A stretch of DNA of 64,000 bases from Setoptus koraiensis (lineage: Eukaryota; Animalia; Arthropoda): positions 15,686,001-15,750,000 of the forward strand of contig CM106585.1 in assembly GCA_048013815.1 (NCBI GenBank), given 5' to 3'. The translations under genes and the position numbers were made by a program. The notes below the pieces were generated by a model. The model made no database searches and was not told where the DNA came from. It saw only the letters and a program-made list of their open reading frames with translations. Positions 46,301 through 59,900 of this stretch are shown in pieces (within the stretch, counting starts at the first letter, position 1; each line of letters begins with the position of its first letter).

Positions 46301-48050
46301 AGCTGGCAAGATAAATAGATAGAAGGGAGGGAGAGAGAGAGAAAGAGAGAGAGATTTCTATGAATGTTCCGTAACATCGAGTAGATAGACACACAAACAC
46401 TCACTACAAGAATTCACCTGTAGATTACCACTCTCAATCTATCTTTTTTTCTTCTCGCATGTTATAATGCATCGATATTGCAAGTGTACATTCTAACATC
46501 CCAGATATGATGAATAACTACATACAACTTTGCACTCTCACTCGCTCACTGACCATCTGCTGCTGTTGCTATCCACAATATAAATTCATATAACGTTTCT
46601 CTATTATGATTTTGAATGGTTGGTTATCTTCTTATTATCCGCAGTGACGCAACGCCGCCGTGGCTTTGGTTCTCTTCATATGATGACGATAATTATAATG
46701 TTAGCTAGTGAATTTCCAATGATTCGAATGCAATCTTTTCCGATCGTGCCAATCATTGCCAATCAGGGATGCATGCAGCAATATGCAGTTGTAGTGTATG
46801 ATAAAAGTGGTGCCTTTTGGACTGCCTGGTGAAAGAAGGTATTCTCTATCTCTCTCCCTCCCTCTCTCTCCCCTCTCCCTCTCTTTCTCTCTCCCTCTCT
46901 CTCTCTCTCATTAGTTTAGCCCGTATGGCTTCCTATCAAGCATTTTCAATGATCGATCATTTCAGTTGACTTATTGCGTGGGTTATTAGATCAATCACCC
47001 AAAGATGAGAAGGCAAAATTGAAGAAAGTTTACAACTTATTGCGACCTTTTCAATGCAATCTGGGTTAATAGGGTGAAAGCAACTGTGCTGAGATGATGG
47101 TTGATATCTTTGTTTTCTTATTTAACGACTATGAGAGACATCTAATATTTTAGTTACTTTTTTTCTCTCGTCTATTTTAATCTTCAACTTCTTTCATCGC
47201 TCCAGGGCAATAAATATTAGCGAGAGAGATAGGCAGAGAGGGGAGAAAGAGATGCAGACAGACCAACCACTGAGACGGCTCTGGTATACGTTAGTTGTTG
47301 GTTCACTTTCTAACACTCACAGAATGTATAGAATGTACAAAGCTTATTATGTTAAGCTTTGGGTGATGCTTGTCTCATGATACGGTTTTAAGGAGACTAC
47401 GACAATTGACAGATTGGTCCGGTATGGCTAATTTGTAGAAAAAGTAATTAGACACTTACTGGCTTGCATGCTAAGCTGGCCAGTGGCAGGTGTTTGTAAA
47501 TAAAACTTGAACCTAGTAACACCAGCAGTAGCTTGGTGTATGTCGAGCCAGTATTAATGCAGAAAGTGAATGTCTCACAAAGTGAATAGCAACAGTGATG
47601 GCCAGTGCGTAGGGGGAACAACAGATTTGTGCAAATGTGTAACCTCAATCTCATGATTGGCCTATTGATAAAAAAAAAAGGCAGCAATGTTGCTTATGAT
47701 GATGATTGATGATGAATTTATATTGATGGTGATTATTTCATGCACATTTTTCGTCCAAATAGACAATTTGAGTGAGGATATCTACACAAGCATGATGAAA
47801 CTCTTTCACTCTTCTTTTCTCTGTTCAACCTATTCGCCCTGTCTCTGCATCATAACGCTCTATTGTATGGTGGTATCTTGTGAGTTCTCTTATGAAAATA
47901 AAAAAAGCAACAGCCAACTTCGCGAATTAACTATGACTCATTTATACAGCGGATAATAACGGCAACTTTGATCATCATCACATGGATTGTCTCGCATCAC
48001 GCCAACACTGCAAAGCTCTCTCTCATGATATCAATAATAATGTGTACCTA

Positions 48051-49598
48051 TCATGAACACACTGTGAAGAAGAAAAACCTATGGTAGTTACAACTTTCTC
48101 TCGTCATTCGCAGGAAGCTTGAGCTACGATCTAGGTGTGCGCCAGAAAGAGATTAATAATAGTTAACACACAAATGCACACAATACAGCTAATCAATGAT
48201 ACTGATCGCATTACTTACAGTATGAGTTGGCTGCTGGCACTGGATTTGAGGCAGCAATTGTCATCATGTCTGGCCTGTATTGAGATGGTCCACTTTGTGC
48301 TGAGAATGATGGTGATCCGTTTGGCGAGTTCAAATGAACGCCACTAGGTCCATTTGATTGGTCGTGTTGACCATAAACTGGCGAGTATGAGCTTATCGGC
48401 TGTGAACCGCTCGCTTGTGGCATCAATTGAGCCGAACTGGCCGACTGGCTCGATGGTCCCGACATGGCTGAGAAACTTGAAGGGCCGCCGTTGGCGGCCT
48501 CAAATGCTGCATTGTATGATGGTGCTGACGCGTATGACGATGGTGGCGATTGTTGCATAAATGAGGCCGCCGACATTGGTCCAAAATTTGTTGGTGAGCT
48601 CATTGATGAGAACGATGAAGCAAATGGTGATTGAGCATTTGATGGTGATGACTGGAATGATGGTATTGATGGGGACAATGAAAATGGCGATTGTCCAAAA
48701 CTAAACGGAGACGAGGCACTTGGGTAAAGGCTCTGTGGCCCATAGTTGGATGGAGCAAATTGGGAACCATCGAATGATGATTGTGGCGGCTGAGATTGCT
48801 GTTGTTGCTGTTGAGGTGGCTTGAATAGGCTGTTTACGTCATTAGTGTGATATCATCGGATTTAATTGCAGCCGGTTGCAATTCCAACGAAGGGCCATGA
48901 TTTATAATTGAATTATATTTATGAATTATAATGGAACGAGATAAAATAATAATAATAATAATAATAATAATATTGTTTCAATTAGTGGAACTGCAATGTA
49001 AATGTTTGATGAGAACGCCGTTTGGTCAATCGATTGTCTGAGCGTGGGCACTATTGGGCAAAAGTAGAAGTAAAAGTTCGTCGTTTACCCAAATAGTGGT
49101 GGGCAAATTGCGCGCACATTTTTCGCAAATTCGCTCTTGATTTTTTCCCTCTTAGCAAGTCCATTGCACAGTATATTGTTTGGCAAAATCTGGGCTCAAT
49201 CAAGGGGAACGAGACGCTTGCGTCTGCGGAAACTTGCACAATCTCAATGAGACCGTCTTAAGGCTCACAATGTAACCAAAACTGCAGTCAAGCGCCATTT
49301 TCAAAAGTTAAACTTTTTTGTCCAGTCTTGACAAAAGTTTTTTTTACTGTGACACCAGACTAATTATTATTACTTACGTTGGATAGATACTGCTCATGGC
49401 GGCCATCAAATTCCTTCCATAGTCCCTCACTAATCCACTATAGGCTGAGGTTGCTGATTGACCATTTTGAGAGTTGCTATTACTACCACCAATGCCTGTG
49501 AGACTGGACAAGGCCGAGGATAGAGATGGGAATCTGATTTGGGCTGAGCAACTGGAGACAATAAAACATGTCGCACAAAGTAATATGGAAGTCTTCAT
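48051..49598 (-). CDS. Secreted Ser/Pro/Gln/Gly-rich low-complexity protein (279-303 aa)
   Basis: Signal peptide MKTSILLCATCFIVSSCSA. Exon 1 is 49598-49378 (GTAAGT donor, phase 2). Exon 2 starts at 48829 (CTAAT branch + AAACAG acceptor) and ends either at the stop at 48211 or at a GTAAGT donor after 48219. A possible exon 3 is 48130-48051. Confidence 0.72.
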
Positions 49599-49669
49599 GA
49601 TTGGTTTTTTGATTGGTGTTGGTTTTTGTTTGTTTGATGTTGGTGGTGGTGATAGTGGTGGTTATGGTT

Positions 49670-49688
49670 GTATATATATAATATATAT

Positions 49689-49724
<36 letters not shown>

Positions 49725-49980
49725 TATATATATATAACGACGCGTGTTTCTCTGTTATGCTGACGCAATTTTTTATTTGAATTATTTATTGTATATATAG
49801 TAATTATATATATATATATATGGATATATATATATATATATATATAAAAGAAAACAGCTATATGTATGTCTATATAAATATCAACTACAGCATGTATGTC
49901 TATTTATATGTGTATGTAAAAGGATATATATCAAAGATATATATACATATATATATATCTGTATATATATATATATATTG
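49670..49980. repeat. Interrupted (TA)n-rich tract upstream of the secreted Ser/Pro-rich gene
   Basis: Several (TA)n runs in very AT-rich sequence. Confidence 0.85.
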
Positions 49981-51009
49981 TTGTTGTTTATTATGATCAT
50001 CAACTAGTAAACATTTACTTATTCACTATATACTTATAGTAAAATTCTTTTCTCTTTGGAATATATGTTGTATCAACAACACAAATGCTAGACTGCTAAT
50101 TTTTTTTTAATTCTTGATGAATTGATTCTATCGTTGTATCATGTTTATTCAACAGCTACCAAATGGTGTGATGTCTGATTGTCTTACAAACTGCGAATGA
50201 TGACAGACAGAAAGACTATATTGGATTAAGAGAAGGTTGAGTTTAGTTGTGTCGACTGAAAGATGTGGTTAGCGAAATAAGATTACTAACACCACTTACT
50301 TACTACTATGCTGCCTCTACTACCTAGAGCCTTCTTGGGGTTCTTTCTGGATTTTCCATCGGTGAAATGAACGATAACTACTGCTACTACCACTACTACT
50401 ATTACTGCTACCGCTAGTAAAACTGCGATCTGTTCGCTTATAATTTACTATGCAACTATCCCTCTCAATCCTTAGTACTATCCCCTCTATCTATCTTATA
50501 CTCCTTTCCCCCCCCCCTCTCTCTCTCTCTCTCTCAATCTCCTTCTCCAACTCTTGATGTTGATGACAAGCGGACACTAAGTCTGCCCTACGCTAGCTAT
50601 CACCTATTTATGTGTCAGATATTGAACAGTCTGGGCAAAAATATATATCTCCCGACTTTCAGTTGGTATCTTGAGACTCAAAAATGTATACACTCTCTGT
50701 ACTTTCATGTTTATGTCCGTCAGGGCTAGAGTATGTGCTGGTCGAAGAGAAAAAAGAGAACAGGCTGAAGCAGTAACGGGGCAACATGCAGCAGCAAGAA
50801 TATCCAGGCAGCCAAAGTATAGTATCTGCTGCGAAGTCTCGAAATTAAGTCGGTTCGGCGCACACATGGAGATCTAGAGATAGTTGGATATTTTCTTTTC
50901 ATAGATGCAACAGATTGTAGTTGCTGTGGTTGTTTGAGCTACATGACAGCGCCAGCAACAACGCAACACAAATACAAGAGAGCCTTAGATTAGCATGTCA
51001 TTGTTGTAA

Positions 51010-51045
51010 TGCGCATGCGCACCCTAACGGTCAGTTGGCTAACGG
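51010..51045. promoter_or_regulatory. NRF1/Erect-wing palindrome plus three Myb-type sites
   Basis: TGCGCATGCGCA at 51010-51021, CCTAACGGTC at 51023-51032, CAGTTG at 51032-51037 and TAACGG at 51040-51045. Confidence 0.4.
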
Positions 51046-51501
51046 TAACTAGCTTGACGGCAGCGCCTTTCTCTCTCTCTCTCTATCTTTGAAAATCTCT
51101 TTCTTCACTGGTCGCTCGCTTGATTTACTTGTAACAGCTGTCTCTCGTTAGCTGGCTGGATTTATCCACCTAAGTGGCTCGCTTTCGCTCTCTCGCCCTC
51201 TCAATCCACTATTCCTCTTCGAGTTACCCTATCGGCATGATGTCGCTTACTAGTGCCATGAGATGACCAACACGAAGAAGATAACCTTCTTATAGCCATA
51301 AGAAGAGAGCGGCTCGAGTGAGAACCAGACATAATGTGTGATTCCATAGTAAAACATCAACGAGTGATATTCCCCTGCTTGAGCTCGTCGTCGTAAACAA
51401 ACTTCTCTCTTTCTCTCTGCTGGCTATTCTTGCCTCTTACTAGCTCTTTCTCCACCGCTTATTTCGGCTCTATTTATGCTCCCGCTTCTTCCATTTTCAC
51501 A

Positions 51502-51502
<1 letters not shown>

Positions 51503-51568
<66 letters not shown>
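51503..51568. repeat. (CT)n microsatellite
   Basis: About 65 bp CT run. Confidence 0.95.
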
Positions 51569-51571
<3 letters not shown>

Positions 51572-53879
51572 CCTTTTTCTTCTTTTCGTTACCTCTTTTC
51601 CTTTCCAGCAAGTAAGTCCCATTGTGTTCATCCTTAATTACCTTATAACTCTTGTAACATTATTGAACATGATAATTATGGTTGCTAGGCACACCACCAA
51701 TACCATCACCACAAACCCCCTCTATATCTTAACTAGCCAGATGGCTAGCTAAAACATGAGTCATACACACATAGATAGAAAGAGAAAATGGCCCAACAAT
51801 ATCTGAATTGAGCTTTTCTCTTTTCATCACACAAGATCTCACATGTATAAAGCTGATTTCGACGGTAAATATTTGAACCTGGCGAGGGGCATCTATAGAA
51901 AAATACGAGCTGCTTCCATACAAGCGAAAACATATTCACTATAGTACTATCCAGTTAGACTTATTCAATTCGTTGCGTCTTCAATGAACACATACTAGAT
52001 CGTCATTACTGTTTTGCCTGGGCCTATACCCTAATGGTATGATAATCTCGTTCTACATTGACCTCCTATTATTTGCGCTAATCATTTTCTATCTGGATAC
52101 AGCAGAATACATACATTTGATGCTGGTTATATATGGCAGCTAGCCTTAAACTTACATGTTATTATTAAGGCTACGCCACCATAGGAATCGATACCAACCA
52201 GTGCATAAGTTAATACTAGATCTTGTTTGCTGTGTCCAGCCATCTTGCCACTACCTATCCTTGCACAACAATTTCGCTTAGACTAATGTTTACTGTGTTT
52301 GAGTGTGTGTGTAGAAATAGAAGCTTGGTTGTGTGCATTACTATCGAAGAATACTCTATTAGCAGTGTGTTTAAATTATTATATTCGCTAACAACACTAT
52401 AAAAAGGAGAAAAATAAGCAAACAAAATCAACTTTCGTCAGACATTTTAAGTGTATATTTGAGCATATTTGAATTTGAGTGCATAGAGTACATGCTTCTT
52501 CCACTCCACCTACGAGCTCAACTAATCTATCTATCCATTCTATCTCAATGGAGGAAATTGATAAATTCCATGTATCCACAAGAGATAAAAATATAAATTG
52601 TTGTAATTGTAAGACACGGTGATGGCAAAACTACTTGCGATATCAAATAATTCTTGTGAACGGATTACTTCATACGATCGGAAGAAGGTGTGAATTATGA
52701 AGAAAGCAGTAAACGAAGCATTGCTGGAAGAAGTTATTTTATCGCTGCTTGAACCGCTAAAATGTAAGGGTATACAACTAGCGCTCATTTCCTCCATAGT
52801 AATCCCTCTCTCGCTCAGTCAGTGCTTATGTTGAACAATTCTCATGAATGCTTGTTACATGATTAGAATTTATTCCCTTCAAGTAATCAAGTAATTGTAT
52901 TTGGTCAGAGACAGGGAAAGAGAATGAGAGAAATCTTAGGAATAAAAGGAATGTTTTGACTGTTTCCATTTACTATTGCCCTACTTGCTTGCTTGCACTT
53001 AAATATGATATGATCAGTGATTAAGATCGATGACGGTTTCTCTCTTTTATTAACCAGCATATAAATAGTGTAAGTATGCAACTTTTGTTTAATATGTATA
53101 GTGTTGCATCTTTGGCTAACAGTCAACCGAGAGGATTAGATAAACAAATGCATGTAGTTTGTCAGAAGACATAACATAACATTGACCGTAATTTGTCAAC
53201 ATGATTAGTTCTCCGACGGGCCACAAGAGCTCATCACTTTCATCCAATGCAACAAGTGGATTTGACGAGAAAAACTCGATTTAAAGCACCGTGTTCTCAT
53301 CCCTGGAATGAGATTTCTTGAATGCGCCTAAGCACACAAGGGTTCATGTGTGCTCCATTTTAGTGAACAGTTTTGTTGAGATTGGTTTAACGGTTAGCGA
53401 AATGGGACAAATTGTTTAATTGAAGTTGAGCTTGCATTTATGATTCGATTCGTTGGATCAATGCATTGAGATGCCGGCTGCAACTGTCGTTTGCACGCAA
53501 TCCGATAAAACTGTCCAATGAAAGGCACCGTTTTATGGGGGCTGATTATTTTATTAGTTTTATTGCCAAAGCTGTTATTGCTTTATACAAACGAGGAACT
53601 TAAAGATAGGGTATCAACATGTTCTTTTAGTGATGGATCGGTGCAGGCGCGGCCTCGGATAGTGTTGCATTCAAGCAGATTTGGGGTACAACGCTATGCG
53701 GTGGCAGAGCAGGGTGGCGGTCAGGGTGAGGGTGTGCGTGTCTCGGGTGGGCTGGGGTACGGGAGGAGTGCGGCTTCTGGCTTTGATGGGGGCTTGTTGG
53801 TCGCTCCGCTGTTTTGTTATGTGCTAATTGTCGGGGGTTGGGTGCGGGAGGCTACTGGGGGGTGATGTTGCTGGAGGAA

Positions 53880-53940
53880 TGGGGGTGGGGAGGGGGGGGG
53901 TGGGGGGGGTGGGGTGGGGGGGGTGTGGGGGGTGGGGGGT

Positions 53941-53978
<38 letters not shown>

Positions 53979-56900
53979 GGGGGGGGGGTGTGGGGTTAGG
54001 GGGGGGGGGAGGGGGGGGAGGGGGGGGGGGTGGTGGGGGGGGGGAGGGGGGGGGGGGGGGGGGGGGGTAGGGGGGGAGTGGGGGGGCGGGGGCGGGGGGT
54101 GGGGGGGTGGGGGGGGGGGGGGGGGGGGGGTTGGGGGGGGGAGGGGGTGGCGGGGTCGGGGCGGTGGGAGGGGGCGGGGGGGGTGAGGGGGCGGGGGTGG
54201 GGGGTGGGAGGGCGTGCGGGGGGGAGGGGGGGGGGGGGGGGTGGGGGGGGGTGGGGTGGGGGGGGGGGGGGGGGTGGGTGGGGGGGTGGGGGGGGGGGGG
54301 GGGGGGTGGGGGAGGGGGTGGGAGTGGCGGGGGGTGGGTGGGGTGGTGGGGTGGGGTGGGGGGGGGGTGCGGGGGGTGGCGGGGGGTGTGGTGGGGGGGG
54401 AGGGGTGGTGGGTGGGGTGGGTGTGGGGTGGGGTGGTGGGGTGGGGGGGGGGTGGGGTGGTGGGGGTGTGGGGGGGTGGGGTGGGTGGGGGGGGGTGTGG
54501 GGGGGGGGTGTGGGGGGGGGTGGGGTGGTGTGGGGGGTGGGGTGGGGTGGGGTGGGGTGGGGTGTGGGGTGGGGGTGGGGTGGGGGGGGGGTGGGGTGTG
54601 GGGTGGGGTGTGGGGGGGTGTGGGGGGGGGTGGGGGGGGGGTTGTGGGGGGGGGGGGGGGTGGGGGGGGGGGGGTGGGGTGGGGTGGGTGGTGTGGGTGT
54701 GGGTGTGGGTGGGGGGTGTGGTGGGGTGGGGGGGGGGTGGGTGGGGGGGGGGAGTGTGGGGGGTGTGGGGTGGGGTGTGTGTGGGGGGGTGGGGGGGGGT
54801 GGGGTGGGGTGGGGGGGGTGGGGTGGGGTGGGGTGTGGGGGGGGGGTGGGGGGGGGGTGGTGGGGTGGGGGGGGGGTGGTGGGGGGGGGTGTGTGGGTGG
54901 TGGGGGGGTGGGGGGGGGTGGGGTGGGGGGGGGTGTGGGGTGTGTGTGTGGGGGGGGGGTGGGGTGGGGTGGGGGGGGGGTGGGGGGGTGTGGGGTGGGG
55001 TGTGTGGGGTGGGGTGTGGGGGTGTGTGGGGTGGGGGGGGGGTGGGGGGGGGGTGGGTGGGGGTGTGTGGGGTGGTGTGTGGGGGGGGGGTGTGTGTGTG
55101 GGTGGGGGGGGAGTGGGGTGTGGGGTGGGGGGGGGTGTGGGGGGGGTGGGGGGGGGGTGGGGTGGGGGGGGGGTGGGGTGGGGTGTGTGTGGGGGGTGGG
55201 GGGTGTGGGGTGTGTGTGTGGGGGGGGGGTGTGGGGGGGGGGTGGTGGGGTGGTGGTGTGGGGTGGGGGGGGGGTGGGGGGGGTGGGGGGGTGTGTGTGG
55301 GGGGGGTGTGGGGGGGGGGTGTGGGGTGTGGGGGGGGGGTGTGGGTGGGGGGGGTGGGGTGAGGGGTGGGGGGGGTGGGGGGGGTGTGGGGTGTGTGGTG
55401 GGGTGTGTGTGTGGGGGGGGGGTGGGTGGGGGGGGTGTGGGGGGGGGGGGGGGGGGGGGGGGGGGGGTGGGGTGTGTGTGGGGGGGTGTGTGTGGGGGGT
55501 GGGGTGTGTGGGGGGGGGTGGGGGGGTGGGGTGTGTGGGGGGGGGGTGTGGGTGTGTGTGTGTGGGGTGTGGGGGGGGGTGTGGGGTGTGGGGTGGGGGG
55601 GGTGGGGGGGTGTGGGGTGGGGTGGTGTGGGGTGGGGTGTGGGGGGGGTGGGGTGGGGTGGGGGGGTGGGGTGGGGGGTGTGGGGTGGGGTGGGGGGGGT
55701 GTGTGTGTGTGGGGTGGGGTGTGTGTGGTGGTGGGGGGGGGGGGTGGGGTGGGTGGGGTGGGGGGGGGGTGGGGTGGGGGGTGGGGGGTGGGGGGGGGGT
55801 GGGGGTGGTGTGTGGGGGGGGGTGTGTGGGTGGGGGGGGTGGGGTGGGGGGGGGGTGGGGGGGGGGGTGGGTTGGGTGGGGGCGGCGGGGGGGGTGTGTG
55901 TGGGGGGGGGGAGGAGGGGGGGGTGGGGGGGGGGTGGGTGGGGGGGGGTGGGTGGGGGGGGGGTGGTGGGTGGTGGTGGGGGGGGGGGGGGGGGGGGTGT
56001 GGGGTGGGGTGGGGGGGTGTGTGGTGTGGTGGGGGGGGGGTGGGGGGTGGGGGGGGGGTGGGGGGGGTGGTGGGGTGGGGTGGGGTGTGGGGGGGGGGTG
56101 GGGTGTGTGTGGGGGGGGGTGTGGGGTGTGGGGGGGGGGTGGGGTGTGTGTGGGGGGGGGGGTGGGGGGGTTGGTGTGTGTGGGGGGGGGGTGGGGTGGG
56201 GGGGGGGTGGGGTGGTGGGGGGGTGGTGGGGTGGGGGGGTGGGGTGGGGTGGTGGGGTGGGGGTGGGGGGTGGGTGGGGTGGGGGGGGGGTGGGGGGGGT
56301 GGGGGGGGGGGGGGGGGGGGTGGTGGGGGGGGGGTGTGGTGTGGGGTGGGGGGGGGTGTGTGGGGTGGGGTGGGGGGGTGTGTGTGTGGGGTGGGTGGGG
56401 TGGGGGGGTGTGGGGTGTGTGGGGGGGGGTGGTGGGGGTGGGGGGGGTGGGGTGGGGGGGGGGTGGGGTGGGGTGGGTTTTTTGGGGGGTGTGTGGGTGG
56501 GGGGGGGGAGGGGGGGGTGGGGGGGGGGTGTGGTGTGTGTGTGGTGGGGTGGGGGGGGGGTGGGGTGTGGGGGGGGTGGGGGGGTGGGGGGGGGGGGGGT
56601 GGGGGGGGGGTGGGGGGGGGGTGTGGTGGGGTGGGTGTGTGTGGGGGGGGTGGGGTGTGGGGTGGGGTGGTGGGGTGGGGTGTGGGGGGGGGTGGGGGGT
56701 GGGGGGGGTGGGGTGGGGTGGGGGGGTGGGGTGGGGGGGGGTGTGGGGTGTGGTGGGGTGGGGTGTGTGGGGTGGGGGGGGTGTGTGTGTGGGGTGGGGT
56801 GGGGGGTGTGGGGTGGGGGGGGGGTGGGGTGTGGGGGGGGTGGGTGTGTGTGTGGGGTGGGGTGTGGGGGGTGGGGGGGGGGTGGGGGGAGGGGGGGGGG

Positions 56901-59900
56901 GGTGGGGTGGGGTGTGGGGTGGGGGTGTGGGGTGGGTGGGGGGGGGGTGGGGGGGGGGGGGGGGGTGGGGGTGGGGGGGGGGTGGGGTGGGGTGGTGGGG
57001 GGGGGTGTGGGGGGTGTGGGGGTGGGGTGGGGTGGGGGGGGTGGTGTGGGGGGGGGGTGGGGTGGTGGGGGTGGGGGGTGGTGGGGTGGGGGGGGGGTGG
57101 GGGGGGGGTGTGGTGGGGGGGGTGGGGTGGGGGGGGGGTTGGGGGGGGGGGGTTGTGGGGGGGGGGGAGGGGGTGGGGGGGGGGTGTGTGGGGGGGGTGT
57201 GTGTGTGGGGTGGGGTGTGTGTGGGGGGGTGGGGGGGGGGTGGGGGGGGTGTGGGGGTGGGGGGGTGGGGTGGGGGGGGTGTGGGGGGGGTGGGGGGGGG
57301 GTGGTGGGGTGGGTGTGTGTGGGGTTGGGTGGGGGGGGGTGTGTGGGGGGGGGGTGGGGGGGTGGGGTGGGTGGGCGGCGGGGGGTGGGGGGGGGGTGGG
57401 GTGGGGGGGGGGTGGGTGGGGGGTGGGGGGGGGGGGGGGGCGGGGTGGGGGTGTGTGTGTGGGGTGGTGGTGGGGGGGGGGTGGGGTGGTGTGGGGTGTG
57501 GGGTGGGGGGGGTGGGGTGGTGTGGGGTGGGGGGGTGTGTGGGGGGGGGGTGGGGTTGGGGGGGTGGGGTGTGGGGGGGTGGGGGGGGGGTGGGGGTGGG
57601 GGGGGGGTGTGTGTGGGGTGGGGGGGGGGTGGGGTGGGGTGGTGGGGTGGTGGGGTGGGTGGGGGGGGGGTGGGGGGGGGGTGGGGGGGGGGTGGGGGGG
57701 GGGGGGGGGTGGTGGGGTGTGGGGTGGGGTGTGGGGGGGGGGTGGGGTGGGGGGGGGGTGGGGTGGTGGGGGGGGGGTGTGGGGGTGTGGGGGGGGGGTG
57801 TGTGTGGGGTGGGGGGGGGGTGGGGTGGGGTGTGTGGGGTGGGGGTGGGGTGTGGGGGGGGTGTGGGTGGGGGGGTGTGGGGGGGTGGGGGGGGGGGGGG
57901 TTGGGGGGGGTGTGGGGGGGGGGTGTGGGTGGGGTGGGGGGGGGGTGGGGGGGGGGGTGTGTGTGGGGTGTGGTGGGGGGGTGGGGTGTGGGGTGTGTGG
58001 TGGGGTGGGGGGGGGGTGTGGGTGGGGTGGGGGGGGTGGGGGGGGTGGGGTGTGGGGGGGGGGTGGGGTGGGTGGTGGGGGGGGTGTGGGGTGTGGGGGT
58101 GGGGGGGGTGTGGGGGGGGGGTGGGGTGTGTGTGGGGTGTGTGGGGTGGTGGGGGGGGTGGGGGGGGTGGGGGGGGGGGGGGTGGGGTTGTGTGTGTGGT
58201 GGGGGGGTGGGGGGGTGGGGGGGGAGGGGGGGGTGGGGTGGGGTGGGGGGGGGGTGTGGGGTGGGGTGCGTGGGTGGGGGTGGGGGGTTTGGGGTGGGTG
58301 TGGTGGGGGGGGGGTGGGGGGGGGGTGGGGTGGTGGGGTGTGGGGTGTGGGGTGGGGTGGGGTGGGGGGGGTGTGGGGGGGGGGTGTGGGGGGGGGTGGG
58401 GGGGGGTGGGGTGGGGGGGGGTGGGGTGGGGGGGGTGGGGGGGGGGTGGGGGGGGGTGGGTTGGGGTGGGGGGGGGGGGTGTGTGTGTGGGGTGGGGTGG
58501 GGTGGGGTGTGTGGTGGGGTGGGGTGGGGTGTGTGTGGTGGGGGGGGGGCGGCGGGGGCGGGGGGGGTGGGGGAGGGGTGGGGTGGGGTGGGGTGGGGTG
58601 TGGGGTGTGGTGGTGGGGTGGGGTGGGTGTGGGGGGGGTGGGGTGGGGTGGGGGGGGGGTGGGGGTGGGGTGTGTGTGGGGTGTGGGGTGGGGTGGTGGG
58701 GTGGGGTGGGGTGTGGGGGGGGGGTGGGGTGGGGTGGGGTGGGGGGTGTGGGGGGGGGGTGGGGTGGGGTGGGGGGGGGGTGGGTGGGGTGGGGGGGGGG
58801 TGGGGTGGGGTGTGGGGTGGGGTGGGGTGGGGTGGGGGGGGTGGGGTGGGGTGGTGTGGTGGGGTGTGGGGTGGTGGGGTGTGGGGTGGGGTGGGGTGGT
58901 GTGGGGGGGGGGGTGGGGGGGGGTGTGGGGTGGGGTGGGGTGGGGTGGGGTGGGGTGGGGTGGGGGGGGGGTGTGGTGGTGGTGGGGGGGGGGTGTGTGT
59001 GTGGGGGGGGGGTGGGGGGGGGGGGGTGGGGTGTGGGGTGGGGTGGGGTGTGGGGTGGGGTGGGGTGGGGTGGGGTGGGGGGGTGTGGGGTGGGGTGGGG
59101 TGGGGGGGGTGGTGGGGTGGGGGGGGTGGGGTGTGGGGGGGGGGTGTGTGTGGGGTGTGGGGTGGGGTGTGGGTGGGGTGGGGTGGGGTGTGGGGTGTGG
59201 GGTGGGGTGTGGGGTGTGGGGTGTGGGGTGGGGTGGGGGGGTGGGGTGTGGGGGTGGGGTGGGGTGGGGTGGGGTGGGGTGGGGTGGGGTGGGGTGGGTT
59301 GGGGTGGGTGTGGGTGGGGTGGGGTGGGGTGGGGGTGGGGGGGTGTGGGGTGGGGTGGGGTGGGGGGGGGGTGTGTGTGGGGTGTGTGGGGTGTGGGGTG
59401 GGGTGTGGGGGGGGTGGGGTGGGGTGTGGGGTGGGGGGGGGTGCGGTGGGGTGGGTGTGTGGGGTGGGGTGGGGTGGGGGGGGGTTGGGGTGGGGTGTGG
59501 GGGGGGGGTGAGGGGGGGTAGGGGGGGGGGTGGGGGGGGGGTTTGGTGGGGGGGGGGTGTGGTGGGGGGGAGGGGGTGGGGGTTGCGGGGGGGGTGTGGG
59601 GGGGGGGTGGGTGTGGGGGGGGGGGGGGGTTTTAGGGGGGGGGGGGGGTGGGGGGGGGGTGGGGTGTGGTGTGGGGGGGGGGGGGGTGGGGGGGGGGTGT
59701 GGGGTGGGGTGGGTGCCGGGGGTGGGGTGGGGGGGGTGGGGTGGTGGGGTGGGGGGGGGGTGTGTGTGTGGGTGGGGGGGGGGTGGGGGGGGGGTGTGGG
59801 GGGTGGGGTGGGGGTGGGGGGGGGGGGTGGGGTGGGGGGGTGGGGTGGTGGGGTGGGGTGGGGTGGGGTGGGGTGGGGGGGGTGTGGGGTGGGGGGGGGG

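Noticed and set aside
43500-48000. Scattered 60-116 aa ORFs in AT-rich DNA with (CT)/(GA)/(TTTC) tracts
   Set aside because: Short, no domain motifs and no consistent splice structure; treated as intergenic.
50671-50877. RISRQPKYSICCEV resembling an insulin A-chain
   Set aside because: It lacks the remaining two A-chain cysteines, a B-chain and a signal peptide.
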